From positions 62,001 to 126,000 of the forward strand of contig CAXHJY010000992.1 of assembly GCA_964016885.1 (NCBI GenBank): 64,000 nucleotides of DNA. The letters run 5' to 3'. Source of the DNA: Eledone cirrhosa (Eukaryota). A program made the translations under genes and the position numbers. Under the pieces are notes generated by a model, which had not been told where the DNA came from, did no database searches, and was given only the letters and a program-made list of their open reading frames with translations. Positions 52,080 to 64,000 of the stretch are shown in pieces; position 1 is the stretch's first letter; the number at the start of each line of letters is the position of its first letter.

Positions 52080-54342
52080 CTAGCAGATTTACCCGGCGTT
52101 GCTCGGGGTTTGAAATTTTGCTAAGAATATACAGCTAGGAAGTAAAAGAAGAACATTATTTGTCTCCAACCTGTCAAAATAAGCAGAAGTCTTCAATAAT
52201 TAATGCAAACGAATATTTAGTGCAATCTTTGTACACATAAAACTATGTTGATAATGAAGGAAAACACTGAATAGGATGTAGTTATACAAATGATTAAAGA
52301 CAATACACGTTGCAAATCTGTAAAAAAAACAGGCAGTTTTGCTAAAATGCAAAAAGTTGTAATGAAAGCAGGGTTGTATACAAACAAAAAAACAAAGAGT
52401 AGAATAAGAGAAAATCTATTCTTTGAGAGCATCCTTTGCTGTGTATGGTTAAATTTTTAACTTATAATCTAAAATATCCTGCATGACATATTCATTGGTA
52501 TGTTTTGTAATGAGTAAGGTGAAGTCAAGGCAGAGCTGTAATAAGTTTTTTTGTTAACACTGAAGCACTTCAGGATAGACGATATTCTTTGTTTTTCTTT
52601 TCGGAACAAACGCAAAGAGATTATCTCGACTGCCAACTCGTGAGCAGACGTTTTGCACCGAAAGAGGTCATTTGAAACGCAATGTTGTACTGTCGGATAT
52701 GCTTCAGAAAATCACGTGATTGTGAATGCTTACCTGTTAGAAGCATCTGGAGAGGTTGCGGTGGCTCCCTAAGGGTGGGCAAATTAATCTTACCGTTGGA
52801 GCAGCACATTCCAGCTGATTTCCCCCCCCCCCCCCCCCCCCCACACACACACACTTTTTAGCTTTACAATGTTGGCAAGTATTTGACATGGCATATATTT
52901 GAATATCAGGATGGATTTGATAGTTTACATTAGGGTCATAATTAACTGCCTTAAGGTACCATCGTGAGCGTGATGCCTTTGAAATACTCCGCGATAAAGC
53001 TCTACGTTGAGCGTTACCCTCCAGCCGAATAGCTCGACTTGTTACAGTCTCTACAGCTCGTGCCGTAGCAGTAGCTGAAGCATTTCTCAAATGCCGACTT
53101 TGACGTTCTTGCTCAGTCTCAATTGCTCTTGCTGCAACATTAGCTGAAGCATTACGCGCACGGCGTCTTTCATATTTTTGTACTCTCTCTGCAGATCTTG
53201 CTGCAGCAGTATCTGTAGCATCCATAGCAAGGCGTGTTTCACGTTGCTCTGTAATCTCTGCAGCTCGTGCTGCAGCATTATTGGTTCACCGCACTAACCG
53301 ACGCTCAGCGGCAGACAAAGATGTTGCAATAACTGTACTCACTGCATTTAGTGATTGTCCATTTTCGGTTATCGGCGGAGCGTCATTTACACGCATTGTT
53401 TTCTTCGACCGATAGCCAATATGTGCATACTTTCTTTTACAGGGCATATTTGGTGAAAAGTTGTAAAGTCAAAATGTATGAATTGAAGCGTTACAGTTAA
53501 CTTTGAAAGTGCAACAAATTTTTTTTTTGTATCAACATGGCTTATGAAAGTTTAAAAAATGTAAAAGTTGAAGGTCCCAATGGTTTGAATGGAAAGTCCC
53601 ATAACGATTGTTCTAAAAATAAACAAACCATCATCAAAATCTTGTCAATTCGAGACTGCTGCGAGATTAAGCCCTTCCAACCATCATCGGTATTTCTTCG
53701 CTTTAAAGCCATATACCTCCGGTTGGTGCGAGCAACGGCTAAAGAAAGTCGTTGGGACATGTAAATAAAGGGAACAGCGAGAGTGTAGACAAACAAAGAT
53801 AGTGAAGCAACGAAAAGTGAGGAAGAGCGAGTCAAGTCCAAAAATTTCCATGAATATAAGTTCGGTGAAATCGTGAACGAGAGAGAATAAAGACCATCAA
53901 ACCTGGTTGAAATTTGAGCAAGGAAGGAATTTCGCACAGGTCTAATGGGAGGAAGAAGGGGTCTAGTCTGTGAATTCGGTAAACATAAGTTCTGTGAAAT
54001 CGTATACCTGTGCGAAATTCCTTCCTTGCCCACATTTCAACCAGGTTTGATGGTCTTTATTCTCTCTCGTTCACGATTTCACCGAACTTATATTCATGGA
54101 AATTTTTGGACTTGACTCGCTCTTCCTCACTTTTCGTTGCTTCACTATCTTTGTTTGTCTACACTCTCGCTGTTCCCTTTATTTACATGTCCCAACGACT
54201 TTCTTTAGCCGTTTCTCGCACCAACCGGAGGTATATGGCTTTAAAGCGAAGAAATACCGATGATGGTTGGAAGATCACTGATGAAGGACCACTTTATTCA
54301 TATGTAACCCATTTGCAACTCCGCAGCACGTTTATTCTCATA
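52080..54342 (-). mobile_element. Internally deleted Helitron retaining the N-terminus of Rep/Helicase
   Basis: 3' end CCCGAGCAACGCCGGG-TAAATCTG-CTAG|T; translation MSNTCQHCKAKK..GMCCSNGKINLP.L.EPPQPL..LL.G....S.DFL.HIRQYN.AFQMTSFG is the typical Helitron N-terminal region; stops and frameshift present. Confidence 0.9.
53674..54273. repeat. 268-bp inverted repeat with 64-bp spacer inside the Helitron 5' region
   Basis: 53674-53941 vs 54006-54273 reverse-complementary, about 3 mismatches seen. Confidence 0.95.
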
Positions 54343-54356
54343 TATATATACATATA

Positions 54357-54424
<68 letters not shown>

Positions 54425-54518
54425 CATATATATATACATATATATATATATACATATATATATACATATATATATATATATACATATATATATGTGTATA
54501 TATATATGTGTATATATT

Positions 54519-54652
54519 TATTAAAATAACAGATTAAAGTTTAAGCAAATAATCGCTGCTTTCACCCTTAACGGGATCTTCTGAAACTAACAAAGTCAAT
54601 CTGTAAACGCAGAACTGGATATTTCAAAAAACGTTGCAACCGGAGGAAGACA
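54519..54652 (+). mobile_element. Terminal fragment of repeat X, abutting an RTE-A copy
   Basis: Reverse complement of about 51749-51886. Confidence 0.8.
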
Positions 54653-56078
54653 CTCATAGCGGAATCAATGGCCGAGCTAGAGAAGAAATTCCAAACATGG
54701 AAGCACGGCCTAGAGTCAAAAGGACTTAAAATTAACCTGGCTAAGACTAAAGTTCTAGTTTGTAGGAAAGAAAACAAGGCGGCGGTCCCTTCTGGGAAAT
54801 GGTCGTGCTCGGTGTGTAGGAAAGGCGTAGGTAGAAACTCCATTTTATGTCCCAAATGCAAAGTATGGGTGCATAAAAGATGTAGTGGGATCACAGGTAA
54901 GCTAACTAAGAACATAGATTTTACATGTGGCCGGTGCTCTGGTGCAATAAGTAGCAGCAAGTGCCCACAAACTACTAGCTCCTTCAACTGCGCAGAGGGT
55001 TCTATAGAAATAGTGGACAGCTTCCGTTATCTGGGTGACAAAATCAGCAGTGTGGGAGGGTGCTCTAAAAGTACAGTAGCTAGAGTCAGAACTGGATGGA
55101 AAAAGTTCAGAGAGCTTATACCACTATTAGCCGCTAGAGGGTTCTCCCTAAAAATGAAAGGCAGGTTATACGATGCCTGCATACGAACAGCAATGCTGCA
55201 TGGCAGTGAGACCTGGGCATTGTGTGCAGAGGATATACGCAGACTAGAGAGGAACGAAGCTTGCATGCTCCGCTGGATGTGTAACAGTAATATACGTGAA
55301 CGGCAAAGCATAAACGAATTAAGGAAAAAATTAGAAATAAGAGGGATCAGATGTTGTTTACTCGAGAGAAGGCTACGTTGGTATGGACACGTGATGTGCA
55401 TGAAAGTCGATAGCTGTATAACAAAGTGCAGGGCAATAAAGATAGACGGTAGCCACGGAGTAGGAAGACCCAGAAAAACATGGGACGAGCTGATAAATTC
55501 CGACCTCACACCTCTCCAAGACAATGTCACTGGACCGAGACCTTTGGCGGTACTCAGTAATAGAGAAGACCCGCCTTACCTAAATACAAAGTAAAAACCT
55601 ACTACAGTCAGTAGGCATCTCTATCAAAACACACCCCCGTCCCACCACCTCCACCCACCCACACCGCCCCTTTCAATGTAAAGTTATGTTGGTCCCACAA
55701 CATCCAGGCCGAAACAAATGAGATCGTGCAGGTGTCACGACAAAAAACACACAGTCCACGCTGTAAATGTGGCCGTGTAGGCAACACGGTAAAAACCTCC
55801 CAGCCCCACACTGTAAATGTGGTTGGTGTTAGGAAGGGCATCCAGCTGTAGAAAACCCGCCAGACAGTCCACGCTGAAATGTGGCCGTGTAGGCAACACG
55901 GTAAAAACCTCCCAGCCCCACACTGTAAATGTGGTTGGTGTTAGGCAGGGCATCCAACTGTAGAAAACCCGCCAGACAGTCCTATGCGAGCAAGACAACC
56001 ACTCTTGCCTCAAGTGGGAAAACCCCCGTCCAAACCCATGCAAGCGTAGAACACGGACGCTAAACCTGATGATGATGA
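54649..56078 (+). mobile_element. RTE family A 5'-truncated copy
   Basis: ORF 54668-55594 near-identical to the C-terminus of 57318-60587; small deletion near the end; duplicated UTR segment; (GAT)n tail. Confidence 0.97.
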
Positions 56079-56918
<840 letters not shown>

Positions 56919-57317
56919 TCATCATCATCATCATCATCAACGTTTAACGTCCGTGTTCCACGCTTGCATGGGTTTGGACGGGGGTAGTCCCACTTGAGGC
57001 AAGAGTGATTGTCTTGCTCGCATAGGACTGTCTGGCAGGTTTTCTACAGTTGGATGCCCTTCCTAACACCAACCACATTTACAGTGTGGGTCTGGGAGGT
57101 TTTTACCGTGTTGCCTACACGGCCACATTACAGCGTGGACTGTGTGTTTTTTTTGTCGTGACACCTACACGATCTCATTTGTTTCGGCCTCGAAGGCGCG
57201 GCACCAACATAACTTTACATAGAACGGGGTGGTGTGGATCGGGTGGGGGTGGGGGTGGTGGGACGGGGTGTATTTTGTTAGAGATGCCTACTGGCTGGAG
57301 TAGGTTTTACTATATAT

Positions 57318-60300
57318 TTAGGTAAGGCGGGTCTTCTCTGTTACTGAGTACCGCCAAAGGTCTCGGTCCAGTGACATTGTCTTGGAGAGGTGTAAGTGTG
57401 TGATGTCGGAGTTTATCAGCTCGTCCCAGGTTTTTCTAGGTCTGCCTATTCCGTGACTACCGTCTATCTTTATTGCCCTGCACTTTGTTATACAGCTATC
57501 GACTTTCATGCGCATCACGTGTCCATACCAACGTAGCCTTCTCTCGAGTAAACAACATCTGATCCCTCTTATCTCTAATTTTTTCCTTAGTTCGTTTATG
57601 CTTTGCCGTTCACGTATATTACTGTTACACATCCAGCGGAGCATGCAAGCTTCGTTCCTCTCTAGTCTGCGTATATCCTCTGCACACAATGCCCAGGTCT
57701 CACTGCCATGCAGCATTGCTGTTCGTATGCAGGCATCGTACAACCTGCCTTTCATTTTTAGTGAGAACCCTTTAGCAGCTAATAGTGGTATAAGCTCTCT
57801 GAACTTTTTCCAACCAGTTCTGACTCTAGCTACAGTACTTTCAGAGCACCCTCCCCCACTGCTGATTTTATCGCCCAGGTAACGGAAGCTGTCCACTATT
57901 TCTATAGAACCCTCTGCGCAATTGAAAGAGCTAGTAGTTTGTGGGCACTTGCTGCTACTTATTGCACCAGAGCACCGGCCACATGTAAAATCTATGTTCT
58001 TAGTTAGCTTACCTGTGATCCCACTACATCTTTTATGCACCCATACTTTGCATTTAGGACATAAAATGGAGTTTCTACCTACGCCTTTCCTACACACCGA
58101 GCACGACCATTTCCCAGAAGGGACCGCCGCCTTGTTTTCTTTCCTACAAACTAGCACTTTGGTCTTAGCCAGGTTAATTTTAAGTCCTTTTGACTCTAGG
58201 CCGTGCTTCCATGTTTGGAATTTCTTCTCTAGCTCGGCCATTGATTCCGCTATGAGTGTCAGGTCGTCTGCGTATAGGAGTTCCCATGGGCAGCCTGTCT
58301 TGAACTCCTCTGTTATAGCCTGAAGGGCAATAATAAATAGTAGTGGACTGAGAACAGAGCCCTGATGGACGCCAACTTTTACGCTAAACTCTTCACTATA
58401 TTCGTTGTTAATTCTAACCTTGCTGACTGTTTCTTTATACATGGCTTGTATAGCCCTCACAAGCCATTCGTCAACGCCTAGTTTTCTAAGAGCCCACCAG
58501 ATAATGGAGCGGGGGACTCTGTCGAAGGCTTTCTCCAAGTCGACAAAAGCTAAGTAGAGGGGTTTACCTTTAGCTAGGTACTTCTCCTGTAGTTGTCGTA
58601 CTATGAAAAGAGCGTCTGTGGTACTTTTGCCTGACACAAACCCGAACTGCATTTCATCTAGGTCAATTCTCTCTCTGATTAGTTGCGCTATTACTCTTTC
58701 CGTGACCTTCATGACCTGGTCGATTAATTTAATGCCTCTATAGTTACTCCTATCTAGGGCGTCTCCTTTACCCTTATAACAGTTAACGATGATGCTGCTA
58801 TGCCAGTCCTTCGGAACAACCCCATTCTGTACGACTTGGTTAACTATGCGGGTGACCATGGTGTGTCCCACCGTGCCAGATGCCTTCAGCATCTCAGCAA
58901 CTATTTCCGAAGGCCCAGCCGCCTTACCAGTCTTCATATCCTTGATTGCCTTACTTATTATACTCCCCTCGACTAACACTGCTGGTCCCTCTATTGGGTC
59001 GATATGGGGGAGACTGCCTTTCTCCCAATTATTCTCCTCATTTAGAAGCCTTTCATAGTGACACTTCCAAGCTACCTTCTTATCAGCGTCGGTGATGGCA
59101 AGTGTGCCATTGTCGTTTAGTACACACTTCTCCCCGACAATGTCACGGTTTTCCTTGACGCATTGCCTAGCAATCCTGAACACCTCACGTTTTTGGTCAT
59201 CGCGTTGTAGAACATGCTTGAACTTTCTTTCCTCAGCTTCCCTTCTTGCTAAGTACACTTGTCTCCTAGCTTCCCTCCTGGCCACTTGATAGTCCTCTCT
59301 ACTTCCCCCATCCCGCCATACTTTCCAAGCCTGCTTTTTGGCCTTAATTGACCCCTCCACCTTACTGTTCCACCACCATGTTACTCTCCTCCTGCCTACA
59401 GGCCTGCTCCAGCCACAGACTTCGTCTGTCGCCAACAGCAGGTTTGCTTTCAGAAATTCCCACTCTCCCTCTATATTGTCCGACTCTAAATGTTCTTCCT
59501 TACTGTCGAAAGCATCAAGTAATATGCTTTGAAATTTATTCCTGGCTGTGGGGTCCTTTAGCTTCCATATTTTCCTCCTGAGGATAGTCCTCTTCTGTTG
59601 TCGAGTACGTCTCGTCCTGACTATGAGGTCGCTAATTATCAGTCTATGTTGGGAGGTGCATTCTTCATGGGGGAGGGATTTAGTGTTAACAACAGACACT
59701 CTGTCACGTCTTCTGGTAAGGATATAATCTACCTGGCTTGTGTGTTCCCCGGATCTATAGGTGATCAGGTGATTGTCACGTTTTTTGAAGTTAGTGTTAC
59801 AGATAGTTAGGTTATTTGCATCACAGAATTCCAGGATTCTGGAGCCTTCCTCATTTCTAGTACCAAACCCATAGCCTCCATGGATTTCGTCGTAGCCGTC
59901 ACAATGTTGTCCAACGTAACCATTTAGGTCGCCTGCGATAATTATATAGTCACTGTCGGATATTTGGGAGGTAGTTAGCATCAGTGTCTCATAGAATCTG
60001 TCTTTTATAGTGCCGGGCAGTCCGGATTGGGGTGCGTACGCAGATATTACTGTCACCGTAGTTCTATTGAGGACAAGTCGTATTTTAATTATTCTGTCGT
60101 TCACTCTATTTACGTCTATTATCTTATCTGCCCACTTTTCTGCTACCATGATTCCTACTCCACCCAGCCCATCGTCGTTTCCCACCCAGAAAAGCTTATA
60201 ACAACGTTTTTTACCCTCAATGAACCTAGCAGACCCACCCCTCCACCTGGTCTCTTGAATACAACAAACATCGACCTCCTTACGTTCAAGCATTTCTACA

Positions 60301-60587
60301 ACCTCGTTAGCGCGACCCTTTAGGGTGCCTACATTTATGGTACCAACTCTGAAGTTTTGGATTGCGTTTGGGGGTTGGGGGCGGTGAGGGGCGGGGGGCG
60401 ATGGGGTTATGTTAGCCGTCCGCGGTCGAAACAATGAGGAGTGCTCGCATTCTCGTCCAAGGGGTGAATTTGTCTTTATCTTTGGCATTGTCGCTGAGCG
60501 TCCAGATTTTTCTCTCTCACCTCCACTCTCCAGGATTCCGCAGTCCATCCATCCATCATATATCGTATATCGTATAGCGAAAGGCAA
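57318..60587 (-). CDS. RTE ORF: APE endonuclease + reverse transcriptase with internal PHD-like zinc finger (start may be the Met at 60488)
   Basis: APE motifs GTINV, IQETRW, SAYAPQ, GDLNG, DYIL, SQHRL; RT motifs YRGIKL, QFGF, DLEKAFD, QGSVLSP, YADD, FRYLG; no stops over 1089 aa. Confidence 0.97.
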   Translation of the reverse strand: MPFAIRYTIYDGWMDCGILESGGEREKSGRSATMPKIKTNSPLGRECEHSSLFRPRTANITPSPPAPHRPQPPNAIQNFRVGTINVGTLKGRANEVVEMLERKEVDVCCIQETRWRGGSARFIEGKKRCYKLFWVGNDDGLGGVGIMVAEKWADKIIDVNRVNDRIIKIRLVLNRTTVTVISAYAPQSGLPGTIKDRFYETLMLTTSQISDSDYIIIAGDLNGYVGQHCDGYDEIHGGYGFGTRNEEGSRILEFCDANNLTICNTNFKKRDNHLITYRSGEHTSQVDYILTRRRDRVSVVNTKSLPHEECTSQHRLIISDLIVRTRRTRQQKRTILRRKIWKLKDPTARNKFQSILLDAFDSKEEHLESDNIEGEWEFLKANLLLATDEVCGWSRPVGRRRVTWWWNSKVEGSIKAKKQAWKVWRDGGSREDYQVARREARRQVYLARREAEERKFKHVLQRDDQKREVFRIARQCVKENRDIVGEKCVLNDNGTLAITDADKKVAWKCHYERLLNEENNWEKGSLPHIDPIEGPAVLVEGSIISKAIKDMKTGKAAGPSEIVAEMLKASGTVGHTMVTRIVNQVVQNGVVPKDWHSSIIVNCYKGKGDALDRSNYRGIKLIDQVMKVTERVIAQLIRERIDLDEMQFGFVSGKSTTDALFIVRQLQEKYLAKGKPLYLAFVDLEKAFDRVPRSIIWWALRKLGVDEWLVRAIQAMYKETVSKVRINNEYSEEFSVKVGVHQGSVLSPLLFIIALQAITEEFKTGCPWELLYADDLTLIAESMAELEKKFQTWKHGLESKGLKINLAKTKVLVCRKENKAAVPSGKWSCSVCRKGVGRNSILCPKCKVWVHKRCSGITGKLTKNIDFTCGRCSGAISSSKCPQTTSSFNCAEGSIEIVDSFRYLGDKISSGGGCSESTVARVRTGWKKFRELIPLLAAKGFSLKMKGRLYDACIRTAMLHGSETWALCAEDIRRLERNEACMLRWMCNSNIRERQSINELRKKLEIRGIRCCLLERRLRWYGHVMRMKVDSCITKCRAIKIDGSHGIGRPRKTWDELINSDITHLHLSKTMSLDRDLWRYSVTEKTRLT

Positions 60588-60723
60588 CCAGGCAAGCGAT
60601 AGTATAGGCCTCTGGTTTCTGATTGGTCCGCGTAATAATACTGGTGATGCGTGGGGGCTGTTTTATGATTGGTCCACGTAATAGCAATGGTGGTGTGTGG
60701 GGGTGGGAGGGAGGGGTGTTGGG

Positions 60724-61380
60724 TAGCTAGCAAGAAGGTAATGATTGAGTGGGGTCTATGCATTTAACAAGCGATTAACAAAAATACAAAATTTGTTCTG
60801 TTAAATACGTCCAAAAACCCACGTATTTAGCACTTAATAGAAACAGAAAATGTAGTTTGTTTTAGCGATAGATTGGCTATTTGGACTTGAATACGAAATG
60901 TGGATTGTTTTGAAAATACGCTAGGAGAGAGAGAGAGAGAGATGAAGTCTGTACATTACGTTTACATGAATTTCGTTTGGACAGCAAGCAAAGAAATGAA
61001 ATTTGGCGAAGTGAATTCCTATCATATATTTATAGGGAGAGAGAGAGAGAGTGCGAGGGTAGGGGGCCACATGATGGCTGTGGGTGTTAGGCGTTTGACC
61101 GCCCCGTGCCTTCGAAGAAGGAAGAAGGAAAGGATTTTGCTTTTTTTTTGTTTTGAAGATACGCTAGAATTAGGGGATTGGGGTTTGAAAATACGTTAGG
61201 AATTAAGGTTTGAAAATAGCTAGCAAGAAGGTAATGATTGAGTGGGGTCTATGCATTTAACAAGCGATTAACAAAAATACAAAATTTGTTCTGTTAAATA
61301 CGTCCAAAAACCCACGTATTTAGCACTTAATAGAAACAGAAAATGTAGTTTGTTTTAGCGATAGATTGGCTATTTGGACT

Positions 61381-61381
<1 letters not shown>
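60724..61381. repeat. 165-bp direct repeat (60724-60888 and 61217-61381)
   Basis: TAGCTAGCAAGAAGG...ATTTGGACTT occurs twice at a 493-bp offset. Confidence 0.95.

Positions 61382-64000
<2,619 letters not shown>

Noticed and set aside
52820-52853. Poly-Gly/CV insertion in the Helitron protein
   Set aside because: Homopolymer and dinucleotide expansion (or sequencing error) in a dead copy

Overview
Eukaryotic, AT-rich, repeat-dominated DNA. The (TA)n abundance, RTE LINEs with (GAT)n tails and tRNA-SINEs suggest a coleoid cephalopod such as Octopus (inference). Most of the window is intronic sequence of one minus-strand host gene that looks like a CAMSAP/Patronin microtubule minus-end protein. 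It has two confident coiled-coil exons (50324-50451, 37936-38231) plus candidate symmetric phase-1 exons at 12408-12506 and 5573-5605, and possibly a 3-nt microexon at 5964-5966. The introns hold six large minisatellite arrays, long (TA)n tracts and three RTE-clade LINE families. One LINE copy is apparently full length, with an intact APE-RT ORF carrying a PHD-like Cys/His module inside the RT region. Also present are two Helitron derivatives, a DD37D (maT-type) transposase relic, SINEs, hAT/piggyBac MITEs, a Penelope-type minimal hammerhead motif and several near-perfect palindromes. The very long low-complexity ORFs in the track are translations of satellites, not genes. The most notable signals are an RTE system that inserts into (TA)n with long target duplications and shares a structured 3' tail with SINEs, many inverted pairs predicted to give long intronic dsRNA, and a cluster of short in-frame cassette exons. 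Identities and copy numbers were estimated by eye.
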